A stretch of DNA of 63,495 nucleotides, the filler included, from Bigelowiella natans CCMP2755 (lineage: Eukaryota; Protista; Cercozoa), in NCBI GenBank assembly GCA_000320545.1. It is 5 parts of 5 records of this genome, joined end to end, with 100 filler letters (N's around TTAATTAATTAA, not from the genome) between each part and the next. Parts side by side here need not be neighbours in the genome. Positions count along the whole stretch, not along the records: positions 31,064 to 53,117 come from ADNK01003141.1; 4 more parts are not named here. One strand, 5' to 3'. Shown here one piece after another: positions 38,486-53,217 of the stretch. The stretch's first letter is position 1, and every line of letters starts with the position of its first letter. Under the pieces are notes generated by a model. The model did no database searches. It worked only from the letters and a program-made list of their open reading frames with translations, and was not told the origin of the DNA. The position numbers and the translations under genes are program-made.

Positions 38486-40452
38486 ATGGTGAAGAACAAC
38501 TACAAGTCCGGTCGTGTGGCGACCCTTATGGATGGAAGCTACGGAGGCAATGAAGCTCAGGTTGGCCATTGTAGTTTTTTTATGTGACGACTATTGAAAT
38601 AGTAGAAACTGCAGGACACCGGACTAGAAACAAAATTCACTAAATTCGGCAATCACGAACACGCTTTTTGTAAAAATATTCTCCCACCATTTTTAAGTAA
38701 TCGGAAAGACAGATTATTCAATTTTTGTATCATTGCTTGCTACGAATTTTGAGGTAAGATGATTTGTTGCAACACCAGGACCCTACCGTCGTTGGCGAAC
38801 CCTATAAAGTAGAGGGACAAAATATGAACATGAACATGCTCTTGTTCAACAATATCCGAGCGGATATGTATTTTCGGGAGGAACTGTCACATATAAAGGT
38901 ATGATTTGAGTTCTATGCCCGCCCGTTTAGAAGAGCTCTCAACATGGCATGTGTTTGGCAGACATGGGAAGGATTTCTTGAGAAGACAGTCAAAGAAGTG
39001 AGAGAGTGCACTCCATGGATTACTGGCACACACACAGTAACGACCAAAAAGGGAATGTGCAGGTAGCCTTTTTGATCCGAACATAAGCAGCTGCTTGTCA
39101 CGTAAGAATAATCCATTTGTACTTTGTACAGCGGAACGCGGGGTGTTGGTACGCAGGGGCGCCCAACTCGAATGTGGACACATCTAGGTTTTCCACTTGA
39201 CTTAATTCTAACAAACGAATTGCTCATCTTTCCTTCCGTTACATCCTCAGTAAAGCTTTGGACGATGAAGCCTACGGAGCGACAACTGGAGCAGCTGGTG
39301 AGAGCCCCAACCAGTTCTTTCATTTCAGAAACCATTCTCTAAAGTCCGATTCTTTTGTAGGTGGAATCGAAGCAATCCCCATACCTTCGGGTCATGGGAT
39401 TTCTGGTAATTGTCCAAGTTGGAGTTTTAGGGAAATTCAGTATGTTTACAAATAAAATGAATCAAACCTGCATCGATTTGAGGTTTCTGACACGTGCCCT
39501 CTTCGTTGTGAACATTCAGTACTTACGATACTGCGCGCCTAGAGCGGTAGTTTGGGACTGGCTTTCCCCGTACATTGACGAAACAGAAGGAATACAAGTA
39601 GAGCGTTTGACGAAGGTCTTTAAGCTTTAAATTTTCTTTAATTTCTTTGCTCTAATATTTCTTCCTCTCGTCCTTAATATACGTTTCCAGACAAAATGGC
39701 CACTCGGAAAGCTGATTCGCACCTTTTTAACCGAGACAAAGTTTTATGACACACACTTCCCGCGTTTTCCGGTGAAGATGCAACGCGATATTAACGCTGG
39801 TATCAAGAAGTGGGACAAGGACCAAGGCCGGGAGGAAGGCGTTGACCCTTTTGGCGGGGGGGGGGCTGAAGATCGCGACCGCAGCGATCGTGACCGCAAA
39901 GGCAGAGGAGATAGAGACGATCATCGGAGATATAACGACCGTGATCGAGGCGACCGCCGCGACAGGGACAGAGACCGCGATAGATCCCGCGAAAGGTAGA
40001 GACGCTCCTCGCTCAATTGAGTCTGGTTTTTGAAAAAACAAAGCAATTACCTTTTGATCTTTAATTCAACACCACGTCGCATAAACCAAGTTGTTCGTCG
40101 TCAATGAAGTACGATCGCATGACTCTTCCGTAAGTTACTTGTCGGTTACCCCATCGTCCCGCTGCCCTCCTCATCTACTCTCGTTCTCACCCGAGACACA
40201 TAAAAAAATACCCATACACACACAAACTTCTCGTCCAATAATGCACATTTCCCAACATTATCACACAGGCGAAGAGGAGGCAGCCGCGATAGGTCTAGAA
40301 GCCGGCGACGAAGCTCAGACCGCCGAGATCGCGACCGAGATAGAGATAGGGATAGGGGGGAACGCGAGCGTAGGCGAAGAGATCGGTCGAGATCGAGAGA
40401 GCGAGACCGAGATCGCGATCGACGTCGCCGCCGCCGCGATGATAGCAGGTAG
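38486..40452 (+). CDS. PRPF38B: Pre-mRNA splicing factor PRP38B-like with an RS/RD-rich tail
   Basis: NMNMLLFNNIRADMYF...GMCSGTRGVGTQG...KLWTMKPTERQL...SPYLRVMGFLYLRY...VWDWLSPYIDE, followed by an RDRDRSR tail; TAG 40450-40452. Confidence 0.9.
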
Positions 40453-40679
40453 TTCCTTCGATACCTCTCATAAAGCGGGAGGACCTTCCCGCAGAAATCT
40501 TCATCTATTGAGATATATGGCGCGGGCTCATCTATGGAGACGGAATGGCTGCTGTCACGGCGGCCTCGCCCCGAAGACCTTATCCGCGTTATCCATAGCT
40601 TGATAAACGCTCACGTGTATTTTTCTATGAAAATGTTGCATACCTAGATATTTCCGATATTTTGCGTAAAAAGCTAAGT

Positions 40680-41038
40680 TTGGGAGTGTTTCAAGATGCG
40701 GTGTGATTGATGAGCGAACAGCGTGCACATGTGGGCACTCGACTAGGTGATTGCGACGCGCAAGTGTCACATTGCTAGCACTCGTTGCTTGCACTCTAGC
40801 AGTGCGACTGCGACGATCCACATGCAAAATATATTCGCTACGCTTGTGTACGCTAAGCTACGTGCAGCCAGCACAGTGCACGCACACACGTACGTTGTGA
40901 CTGCTGCATGCAATGCTAGAATGTGCAACAACACCTAGGATGGCTAGACAGATGGCCTATGTATACTAGCTAGCTAGCCATGCTAGCATGGCTAGACGCA
41001 TGTTCTATCGCTGCTGTGTCTAGCTAGCTAGCTAGGTG

Positions 41039-41080
<42 letters not shown>

Positions 41081-41700
41081 GTGCGTGTGTGTGCGTGTGT
41101 GCGTGTGTGTTTACGCTAGTACTAGTGTGCATGCTAGCATGGCTCATCTAGGCATGTGGTCGCATGCATGCACACGCACTAGCTAGCTACAATGATCTGT
41201 AGAAGCCGGTGCGTTGCAACGACTAGATGATCAAATTGACATTCGAACTAGCATTCTAGCATTGCCAATGTTTCATTTTATAAAAAAAGAAGCGGTCTTT
41301 AGCGGCTAGATGAGGGTTTTGGACACAACTCCATCTCGCCATTGCGACTGGCGGTGCAACGGCAAAACTTCAAATCTGCATTGCAAGTCCGGCGCGTGCG
41401 CAGCTAATCGAAACATGACAGATGCACAGCGACACCATGCCCGACATACACATTGCATCACATGTCCATCACAAATCTGCACAGATTCGAATGTCACGAT
41501 TTGTGCATGCTAGCATGTACGCGGTGCTCAAGCTAGCTAGCTAGCAATCAAGCGTCACAGCGGTTTTGACATGTTCAAATTTCAGTGTGCACATTGAAGC
41601 TTTCTAGTTTGGGCGAGATTGGTGATGCGTGCTAGCGTGTTGCACTGCATGCTAAATTGGACTGATGTGTGAAGTAGCACATACGTCACGCGAGCTGTAG
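40680..41700. other. TpA-depleted/CTAG-rich tract 5 (convergent intergenic), with an embedded (GT)n repeat
   Basis: More than 30 CTAG including (CTAG)3-4 runs; most other TA are half-sites; CATG and TGCA are frequent. Confidence 0.8.
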
Positions 41701-41929
41701 CGAAACTTTGCATTCACTGCTAACCATAGCCGCCCCTGCCCCCTCCGCGTCTATTCGATCCCCCTCTTCCTCCAAATCTCCGGGGAGGACCTGATGTAAC
41801 CGTAAAAACCATCATTCATTTGCAGAGCAAGCAAAGACTACGAAGAAAAATGCTGCACATGTTTACACATGTGCCTCTACATTCGTCCTTTTGTTTCCTC
41901 TCGAGATCGATGTAGAACAATGGCCTTCT

Positions 41930-42072
41930 TCACCCAGCTCAAGTATAGCGGACAAAATCACACGGCGCCCAAAGGCATGCAAAAAGCTTCATTGCGCATG
42001 CACACGATGAACACGGCGAGACCGGGAAAAAGACTGCCAAATCTTCGATTTCCACCAAGGCCAAGATCTCTC

Positions 42073-42103
<31 letters not shown>

Positions 42104-42827
42104 ATCTCTCTCTTTCTTTCTCTCTTTTTCCAAATTTTGTGTAGTTTTGGGAAAGAAAAAGCTTTCAACAAAAACCTCTTCTATAGCCCCCGCGCTGGTC
42201 TCTCCCTCCGCTGTCAAATCCTGGGCTGTGACCAGAGCTGGAAGAGTGTAGGAGGGCGGGCAGCTCCCTCAAGCGTATGATGACAGCTTCGTCTTTTCCA
42301 GTATTGCTCTTTTCAGTTAATATCTGTATGCAGAAGAAACCGATACGTTGTTTTAAATATGGTTTTTGCCTCTCATCATCAGATGCTATTCAAAAGTAGC
42401 TTTTACTCTACTCGTCCGCACACGACGCACGTCTTAGAACCACTAGCTACTCCTCCGCTCACCAATCCCCCTCTCTTTTTTAAAGCGGCGCAATGACCTT
42501 TTCCGTGAAAGTCGATGGCAGCTCAAACACAGCCCCTTGAATAGAAAAGAGGGGGGGAAAAGGCAATCAAGTATGCTACATAACGTGCGGGACTGCGAAA
42601 GGCCTTCCCCAAAGAAAGGAGGTCAAAGAATACAAATCCGCTGCTCTCCAAATAGCCCAAAGAGGCTCAATCCGCGACTACTTTTACTACTGCTATTATT
42701 ACTACTACTACCGATACTACTACTACTACTACTACTACTACTGCTACTACTATTACTCCGCTATTGGATAGCTAGACTGACCGGATGAGTTTGCGTACAA
42801 AGACATCGCTCGTGCCTGCTCATGAAC

Positions 42828-42866
<39 letters not shown>

Positions 42867-42973
42867 TATATATATTCAAGGGGAACCGTGATTTCGGGTG
42901 ACCGGAAAAATTGTGGAATTAGAGAGAACTACTACACTGATGGTTGATAAGGAAACTATGCTGCTCTCTTAAA

Positions 42974-43016
<43 letters not shown>

Positions 43017-43125
43017 AAGTACACAAGCACACAACTATATGCAAAATACATCATTGCATATATTATAGTATACCCGTATAGCTTGCACATATTACGGTAA
43101 CATATAATAAACATATATATATTAA

Positions 43126-43183
<58 letters not shown>

Positions 43184-44449
43184 CAATATATCAATATTTA
43201 TATATATACACATATTAATATATATAAAACTGCAAATAGTTATGCTTTACTTATAATAGATACGCGTGTGTAACCTGATTTCTAACTTCAGGCCCGAAAG
43301 AAGACTCGAGCATGTTGTAGAAATACGTCGGTTTTCTTACCTCCTTGTCCTTCTCAAACGAATACCATCAAAAACAAGTCAAATGAATTCGCTTCGGCCA
43401 CGCCGCACTTTGCAGTTGTAACGTGTGTGTTGTTAATGTCGTTGTGCGTGTTTGACTCACCGCTAGGATGCCCCATGTTTTCCACTCACTGCGGCCTGGT
43501 TTTCGATGTCATTTGAAGAAAAGCGCATAATTAACACATGATACACATCATTCACTATGCTATCGATAACCCGCGTCGCACCATCCCACCAACAAGCGAA
43601 TAATACAATTACTAGACAACGACTGTTCGCTCCTTCTCACACGTGCACGCATGCTCGTGAAAGCATTCTAACCAATTCCACCGGTTCCAAGCACGCTACT
43701 CTTCTATTATCATTATCAGCACAACTAATACTACTGCTTCGGTCAACCGACAGTACCGGATAGTAAAGACAAGGGCCTCACATTTGGTGAGAGGAGAGCC
43801 ATACAGCTCGAAATGATGGACACCACATCTCTGATGAAAGCAAGTGCGGCAAAACCAGAAGTGCAATGACTCGTGTATAACATGCACATTTATATAATCT
43901 GTATTGTTTTGTAGTATACACATATATTATGAAATTCATTATATTTTTATGTACGAATACTCTATGCATACTGCAATCGGACAGCACAAAATCAAACCCC
44001 ACGAATCCCCCTCCCAACAAACACGAACATGCCACCCTTGCAATACAATAGCCTTACCTCCCCCCCTCCACCATCTTGCTCGCTTCCTCGCGAAACGGTT
44101 CAGAACTAGAGGGTTGGATGAAACACAAAAAAAAAAAAAAAAAAAAAACAGCGTACAACGAGAACCACTCAATCTAATCATCGATAACTCATGAATCCGG
44201 ACAAAAAAACACAAACAACGGCGGAGCAATGCTCGCCGTCCAACAGCACCCAACGCTGCTGCGAAACACGCTGACAAAAACCAGGCCGAGGAGACAAGTA
44301 AATGATTAAAATTGACCGCGCGAGGTTTAGTATCAATCACGATCGAAACGTTCTTTACCGGTCAGCCGAGACCCCAACGATTTGCTGGCGAAGGCGTATT
44401 AACGCGGAAGCTAGTAGATCAGACTGAAAAGGGACGCGTCGTTTGAGAA

Positions 44450-44488
<39 letters not shown>

Positions 44489-44543
44489 GTATTGATTATT
44501 GAATATAACGGGAGATAAGCATGCTATAAACTCAACAATATAA

Positions 44544-44574
<31 letters not shown>

Positions 44575-44844
44575 CAATATATATATAAATAATATATATT
44601 AATATTTTACATCACAATAATATCAATACAATACCATCCAGCTGCATACCAAATTATAGTTGTATATATTACATCGATTGCTATCTAATGCTCAATGCGA
44701 AAATATCAGTGCGTGGTGTATGCGTTCTGCTGGCCCATCTACCTGTTGTGGAGCTCCTACTCGTTTGAAGGAAATCCCTGCTTTCTTCTCAATTCGCCAA
44801 ACCTTGGCAAAACAAAGTAATATGCGCGCTTTATTCGAATATAT

Positions 44845-44878
<34 letters not shown>

Positions 44879-45634
44879 TATCTAGATATTGATACTCAAT
44901 ATTATAGATGTATATTAACAGTATATATAAACATAGAATATATGATCTTTGTAATTGTTCCAAACAATTCAAGTACACAAGTGTTTTCGAGAACTCAAAT
45001 CGTGCAATACACATTGGGACACCCGGTGCTCCGCGCAGACTATAGCACACACACAACATCATGCAAAATACTCGTGTGCCCCTCACCATGCTCTCCTCGG
45101 CGGCTTTGTAACATAGGATAGAGGTGCCGTTGGTACCCGCCCTCGCCGTGCGACCGCATCGATGCACATACCTAGAGAGAGGTGGTAACAACTGATAAAT
45201 GAAAGAATCAACGACTCGATTGAAGAAGAACCGATGAATGATCAGCGCGAGGATAATCAAACAATCCACCAATACACACTAGAGCTTTCTCTCCATCCTC
45301 GCCACACGCATACGATGACTTTTCCCCCCCAAAAAGATTTGAAAACTATCAACGGGGTGAGTGCTAGAGGGCAGCCTCAAATTCAGCAGCACCGGAGCCT
45401 CTCTTCGTTCAAAGCTGCGTGTAAATGTTATCGTGCAGCACTTACTGCTCATGTGAGTCGGGAGGGCATGTTTGTATTACAACTTCCACGTCTGGAATAT
45501 CAAGGCCTCTTGCCGCCACGTCCGTCGCAATCTAACCCATTATTATTCATTTGTATATAAATATAATACACAATGCATATGAATTATAATCACGCATATG
45601 AGAAATAATGATGGCATCAATAGTGAATAGAATA

Positions 45635-45675
<41 letters not shown>

Positions 45676-45717
45676 ATGTAGATATAAAGGGTTTATCTAT
45701 AATAAATATATATATAC

Positions 45718-45757
<40 letters not shown>

Positions 45758-46812
45758 ATAACATGCGCACAACTGCTTTGAGTTATAAGTAGCAAGAGCG
45801 AAAAGGCATAAGGAGAAAATTTCCACAGAACGACTAGACATGCTGCAGCATATATACTGTATATACTACACATTTCACTATTAGCATAGAGTTATTATTA
45901 CTAAGACGCGGAATTTGCCCTCCCGGAACCCGCGAAGCGTAGCTTCTCTATTTTCCTAATGGCGTCAGTTGGTATTGGTATTGTTACCAATTGCACATGA
46001 TAATTGCATTGTAGTCGTGGCAAACAGCGAGACGAAGGGTACGTAAAACCGCGAATGTATTTCCACAAAAATATACTGTATAAATATATGTTTAATGTGT
46101 ATATATGTATTGTATTTATTATATATTATATATCAATATATCACAATACATACCATAGTACACACTAAACACCAAAAAAAAGAACACGGAGAGGCTAACA
46201 GCAGTGAAATAAACTGAAACAAAATCGAGAAAAGCAAAGAGAAAAACGTGCGAATTGAAAAAAAGGACCAACACCAAATCCGACGCCATCAAAATAAACC
46301 CCCCGAATATGCATCAACCTGAGCTATATCCCCATGCAATGCTCGGCTCTCCATCCTACACCACCAAAACACGCAAGCAGAACAGTCAGAAAAGGGAGCG
46401 ATTTAATGCACATAAAGGCCTCGTGGAAGCACGTTATATATAAAGCCGAATTGATGATAACGAATGATGAAAAAGAGAATCAAAGATGGTGATGAGCTAT
46501 GTACCCGAGCTCGGTGCCTTCGCTCATCTCCTGGCAATCACGCTGGCGGTGGATTAAGAAAAGACAAGGCGAGGAAGAAGTTATATGCTGAACGATGCAA
46601 ATGCGACCTCCCACCACTATGGGAATATGGAATTAACGATCTACAAGCAGGGCCTCGCGACTGGTAAAATAAAACGAAAAACAGAAAAAAAAAATCCAAA
46701 GACGAGGGAGGGGGTAGCTTCCCAGTTCTAAGGCAGATTTACTACATAGTCGCATCGATGCAATAATGCCCCTCTTCCTGCAGGTGGGATTTTCCTTCTC
46801 TCATCTCTCCAC

Positions 46813-46848
<36 letters not shown>

Positions 46849-46870
46849 CATTATTATATTTATATATTTC

Positions 46871-46906
<36 letters not shown>

Positions 46907-47642
46907 TCTGTGCAAATAAAAAATACACCGTTTGGAAATTTACAACCCCACAAACGCTCGTAACCACCAACCTTGGTCCGCGCGAACACGATGGCCCTCC
47001 CATGCTCTCCAATATACATCTGAAGGAAGTTCCCAATCGCCGCTGCCCTTTCATGGTAAGGGACCTTGAGCGCGAGATGCGTTATTCCCTCCGCTGTTTT
47101 ATCCTTTGACTCCCCAATGCTATCGATGAGCACTCGGCGCCGCCCCGAGATCTCCTAAACAAAGACACATTCATTTCTTTTATTTCCCACCAATCATCCG
47201 GGCTTTTGAAAGCTTCCAACTGTCGGAGACTGCGAGGGAAGGATGGAATAGCGAAGAAGGCGACTCTAAACTCTACACTTGCTTTAGATCCGCAACGCGG
47301 CTTTCCCTTCCGCATTCGGTTTCGTGTACCTTGTCCATGTGCGTCTCGATGACCGATTGCACCCACCTAGCAATGCAGCAGTTACGATCAATTGCATTCA
47401 AGCCGTTCAGGTCCATAAACACTAAAATGCCCTCTCGAGATCACACTATATGCTTGTAACGCGTATCGGAGAGAGGCAACCCGCCTCTTTGGGAGAAAGA
47501 AAAAGTTCCAAAGGCAAGCTTATAATAGCGACGAGTAGGCAAGAGCGATAGCAATTTCGAAGCATCCACCCCAATGGTAGACAGGTTGCTTTACCCATGA
47601 TAAACAAGAAACGATTTCAAATGTTTAATCGAGGTCATCTTC

Positions 47643-47689
<47 letters not shown>

Positions 47690-47695
47690 CACCTA

Positions 47696-47736
<41 letters not shown>

Positions 47737-48323
47737 TATATAATATATTTGTTGTATATATCATCAATATACACGCTCCCTGACAACCTCGCAGTGCAAG
47801 AAAAAAACAGCACAAATGAGAAAACATATTGCTTTTGGTGTGCTAAATGCTAAATCCGTTCATCTCAAACCCTGGCATTGTAGCCGAGAAGAGAAGCAAT
47901 TGAATTTTCTGTGCGCCTTTCTTCTTCTTCTTCTCCTCCTCCTCCTCCTGTGTTTCGAACGCAATCAGTTAAGGGAATTGTGTGTGTTATAATAACGGAT
48001 TCATCTCCTCGCGAGCGAGTGCATACGCACACATATTTATTGATATATGTATATATATATATATATATATATTTATTTATTTATATGTGATATACATAAT
48101 ACACAATAAGTAATAAATAATATTTTCAATAACTTTCAATCAATATGCGGCGTTAGCGAACCTTAGAGTCTCCATCGTCGCCACCCTCGCTATCTTCGCC
48201 TCCCCCCTCCTTCGTCGCCTTCACAGAAGCTGCACTGTTTGGGGGGGGGTTGCGCGCAGTCTCGCCGTCTCGAGCCTGTTGTACCTGCACAAGCACGCAC
48301 ACGTTTTGCTACTTCAGATGCAA

Positions 48324-48362
<39 letters not shown>

Positions 48363-48624
48363 TATCTTTCAAACACGAGCGATTGACCTGTTCCAGGACT
48401 TTGTTAATGTCATCTTTGAAGCCCATATCGAGCATTTGATCAGCCTCGTCCAACACTACAATTCCAACGTTCCCTTCGTGCATCGTGGCAAAGAAGGCAT
48501 TAACACAAGACAAGGAAAACACACACGCGCACACTCTACCCCCCCCCCCCCCCCCTCTATTTCCTTCTTGCCGCAACACCTCATATGCCTTTACAGAAGA
48601 AACAGTGAGAGGGAAAGGGACAGA

Positions 48625-48670
<46 letters not shown>

Positions 48671-48993
48671 GGGAGAGAGGGAGAGAATGCGAGAAATACA
48701 TAGATCTCCATAGCCGACCTAAATACAGCTCTCTCCTCTCAATCATATCAAGCACGCGGCCCGGGGTTCCGACGACGATATCCATGCCTAAGATGCAGAG
48801 TCTGCGTGTTTGCGTCTTCATAAAGCGCAAAAGCTATGAAACATCTCGGTAGAAAGAGAAAAACTTAAGTTTCAGTTCCAACAGCAGCCAATCGATCCAG
48901 AGGGTCAGGGGGGGGATAATATAGCTTGCTCTCTCCCCGAGAAAGGAAAGAATTTGAGGGGCTCGTGATTGTGATCGAGAAATCATCATTTCG

Positions 48994-49028
<35 letters not shown>

Positions 49029-50045
49029 TATATATCAATATTTATTATATATAAAAACCAACAAAAAACCTAACGCGCAAAATCAACGCATACAGTGGGC
49101 GAGGAGAAACTAAACGAATCGAATGGTTGCGACAAGAACCTCTCCGGAGAGCTTGCTTCTGCGGCCAAGACTCCGCCCCTCCATAAATGCACGTGCATCG
49201 AAGGCCTTGATGCTGGTCACTTTGGCGGTAGAAGGAGGGGGGGGGGGAGGAGGAAGAAGCACGGCCGCTTGGATCAGTGAGGGATTGAAAGTCGCGATCC
49301 AACTGCATCGCCAACTCGCGGGTAGGAGCGAGGATTAGGGCTCTCGGAACGTGCTAAGTGTCAAAAAGCATCCAAACACTGCTATTACCACACGCGCCCA
49401 ACCGCGTATGCATGAAGATGCACATGTGGGCCTTCGCGGATGAGATCGCACAACAAAAAGAATCTTCAACGACTCCGTTCTTCCCACGGGTCAATCGTCG
49501 CTCCGGGATGGATATCGGCAGCATTCTCGGCGTATGATGCACGCACCTTAATGCCTCCTCCGCCTCCTTGCTGCTGGAGCCGTAGCAGCTTCTCGACGAG
49601 AGGAATTGCAAAGGCCAGCGACTTCCCTGCGAGAGGAAAAAACACAACGCGCGTGGATGGGTATGCAGATATGCAAAGTATTTATGACGTGAGCCGATTG
49701 CTACCAGATCCAGTGCGCGCTCTCACAACGCAATTCGCACCGTCTAGGATGGGCTTGAGGGCTAGTGCCTGAATTCAGCATGAACGATAATACCCCCACC
49801 ACACACACACAAACACACACACGCAAACACGCACAAACACGCGCGCGCCCCCGCAGAGAGAAAGAGAGAGTAAGGGGGAGAGAGGAGAGGGCGAGAGGAA
49901 GAGAGAGACAGGGGGAGAGAGAAGAAAATACGTGAAAATCGATCGAAACGCCAACGATACTCTTTGAGTATATTTGCGTTGATTGCTTTATTACCAAAAT
50001 ATTTATTGAGAAAACACACAAACATAGGCATATACATTATATTTT

Positions 50046-50103
<58 letters not shown>

Positions 50104-50167
50104 GATAACGCTCTACAGGTATTGTGTAATATTAAGTATATCCGTATTATAACATTTAACATTTACC

Positions 50168-50243
<76 letters not shown>

Positions 50244-50314
50244 ACATCATTGTGATACTAACAAAATTGGAAAGACACAACCTATATATATATATCTATA
50301 TAGAGGGGGAAAAG

Positions 50315-50383
<69 letters not shown>

Positions 50384-51486
50384 ACATCATTGTGATACTA
50401 ACAAAATTGGAACTCGTAGTCTCGATCTCGCACACCCTACACCGTGCGAAAACCATCAATATCGCCCAACAGCAGCGTACTTGGATGGGGAAGAGCTTGG
50501 AGATGTTCCTACTCTTCAACGCCATTTTTACAGTCTTGACCAAATCCATCGAGTCCAACTCGCAGTTGACCGCTTTAGCACCTTCCTCGTTGTTATTGTC
50601 ATCTGAAAAGGCCCCTGGTGTAATACTGCGCGGCTCTAATTCTCTAACTGAGTCGGTCTGTCTAATGGCCTTACTCATTCGTTTTACCAAAAAAAAATCG
50701 TTATGTGCCAACCTTCTTCAGCCGCGGCATCGGCCCTCGAAATAGCAGGGGCAAGCACCACCTGGCAAATCAGAGTTTGGCCGTTTGATTAGCATTGCGC
50801 GCATGCCGAGTCAGTCAAATGGAAGGCACCCGCCGTCCGCACGAACGGGGAATTCTCTCTCCATATTCACAAGTATACTCATCAGTGTTTTCGGAGTCCC
50901 CGTACCTCGTCAAACCAGCTTCCTTTAAGTGCGCCGCTGCCCCCGTTGTTATTATCGTGACCGCGATAGCGCGATCTCCAACGATCCCCGCCCGATCTCC
51001 CCTCCCCCCCCCATCGTCGCTTTGCGCCAACAGACCGCCCTCCTCTGCCTCCTCCACCGCCTCTCCCCCCCCGTCCATCGCGACCATACCCTCCGCGCAG
51101 ACTCAGCGCAGTAGCGATTGTGGAGGAGGGGGGCGGCCTTTTCCCGGGCCTTTTGTGGAGTTTGCTGGGTAATGTGCAAAGCAAATTCCTTTTATTTGAT
51201 GAACGCGAGAACTGTATCGTGTCGTGTGTATCCCCTCCCCCCCTCCTACTCGGGGTTCTCACTCTATTCCCCCAACAGCGAAGTGGGCTGGGGCGAAGCC
51301 TTCCGACTAATCTCCGCATTTTCTCTGATTTCCGTTGGATTGTTGTTGTGTGAGATACAGAGGGACATACCTCGAACTCTTTCTGACGTCTCGCGAGAGA
51401 TCTGGCCTTGGGGATGGAAGGACTCCAAAGAGCGAGAGGGCCGTGAATGTCAGTGCAAGGAGCAGCGGTCCCCCGCGAGACGCCAT
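41930..51486 (-). CDS. DEAD-box RNA helicase, DDX21/RH7/RH3 type with a GUCT-like C-terminus and a bipartite leader; long microsatellite-rich introns
   Basis: Motifs LFPIQ, ARTGSG|[63 protein letters not shown] and AVFELP...LRELPAL. ATG 51486 gives [21 protein letters not shown]. The 3' end is approximate. Confidence 0.9.
50172..50412. repeat. ~100-nt direct duplication (offset 140) of (TA)n + ACACAACATCATTGTGATACTAACAAAATTGGAA in an intron
   Basis: Identical unique block at ~50239-50272 and ~50379-50412. Confidence 0.8.
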
Positions 51487-52125
51487 TGTCAGTTCGGAAT
51501 TATTGTATCCAAGTGTTGCAGAATACGACTAATATTTATCGGGAATATTACCAATAGAGTCCAATTCTTTTTTTACAATCAAAATAAATTACAATCCCTG
51601 ATCAACGGCTTGAAATGTTCCCATGCAGACAGAAATCCGATCGATAAAATTATGTCTCATTGCTTTTCTTCAGATCGATGTTCTTTTTTAATAAAAAATA
51701 TATATATTATTTCTTGTCGCATCAAAATAATCAAGTGTATTTTATCAATGACATACCGGGAAGGAGTGAGTCGAAAAAAAATAAATATGCCAGAAGTTTG
51801 CTGTGCAAATTTTATTGCTAAAAACAGAAATACTAAGTAAAATCAATCATTTTAAACTTGACTGTTCAGTATAATGCACTAATTTCCAATGATTCATTCT
51901 CAATTTAAATCAAAATAATCTGAAATATAACACACTCCTCCTGCGTGGACAGCAGTCAGAAGTTCTAGGGTTATTATTCTGCCCAACATCCACCGTCTAA
52001 AAAGCACGAAAATAGATAAAATGAGATTGAATTTATTCATGCGACAATAAAATAGTATTGTCGCACTAATTTCCTGTAAAGCAACGGTAAAGTCCCAGAC
52101 AGTAACTGACCCTGGCTTGAACAGG

Positions 52126-52615
52126 ATGAGGGCAAGAGGCAGCAGCAAAGCGGGGGGGGCGAGCACGAAGTCGCGAGGTTCGCATTGCATTTGGCGCGGC
52201 CTCTCTCCGATGATAGACTGCACCGCTGTCGTCCTGATGATGCTCTTTTGATGTATAACAGCAAAGCATTCCAAGGGGTGGAACAGGTTCTGTGCGACGA
52301 ATTACGTGTTTCGAATCAACGAATTTCTCCGCCTCCGCCTCGTATTCGTCTGCAGCGTTAGCTTGCGTTTTTTTGGTTCAATATCGTTGAAACCAAAACT
52401 CAGAACCGATGTTACTTATGCTTGTGTCGACAGCAAATATGTGAGTCCAAAGCAGTATATGAACTCCACGGAGACGTTGGTAGGACATCTCACATTTTCA
52501 TATAGTTTCGGCTTCGTTTCGCTCCTTTCCTATCCCCCCGTCATTGTCTACCTCGTGCCCACGCCCAATTCAGTGTATGGCAGATGGTATATGTTGCGTC
52601 ATTAAACATGAATAC

Positions 52616-52653
<38 letters not shown>

Positions 52654-52996
52654 CGCGTTTTGAATCTAGATACTGATATTGTCCTTCTGCATTTAAAAGG
52701 CGATGGAGACCTCGATGATGGAGGAGCGCCTGGCGCTTCTCCGAGCAGCTATGGCCGAAGAGAAAAAGTGAATTAAGATAGCTTCCAAAGCAATTGCTCT
52801 CCCCTGCCAGAATAGCGTGTTCGCATGCCGACACGAATATCCTCTAAGAACGATTTTAAAAGGGGAATTATTTAAAAGACAGTGTACACATCGGAGAGAG
52901 GTTGTTCGTGTTTAACGCAACGCCTTGTGTGGTATTCGTGCTGTGGTAGAAAACGTGGCGCCGGATCTTCGATGAAGAAAGGAAGGAGCAGATGGG
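52126..52996 (+). CDS. Hypothetical protein, 5' exons (ZBBX N-terminus-like motif), truncated at gap
   Basis: Spliced MRARGSSKAGGASTKSR|AKHSKGWN|SKYVSPKQYMNSTETL|..AMETSMMEERLALLRAAMAEEK|KKRGAGSSMKKGRSRW with consistent GT-AG phases. The ZBBX resemblance is from memory of that motif and needs a search. Confidence 0.55.
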
Positions 52997-53056
52997 GTAT
53001 TGTGTATTTCTCTCACGCTTTTCCCTCTCTCTCTCTCTCTCGCATATATATATATT

Positions 53057-53117
<61 letters not shown>

Positions 53118-53217
53118 NNNNNNNNNNNNNNNNNNNNNNNNNNNNNNNNNNNNNNNNNNNNTTAATTAATTAANNNNNNNNNNNNNNNNNNNNNNNNNNN
53201 NNNNNNNNNNNNNNNNN
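53118..53217. other. Assembly gap with artificial linker
   Basis: 44 N + TTAATTAATTAA + 44 N. Confidence 0.98.

Noticed and set aside
51900-52834. Minus-strand ORFs as a continuation of the FHA gene
   Set aside because: They lie across an assembly gap, and a plus-strand spliced model with consistent phases fits better.
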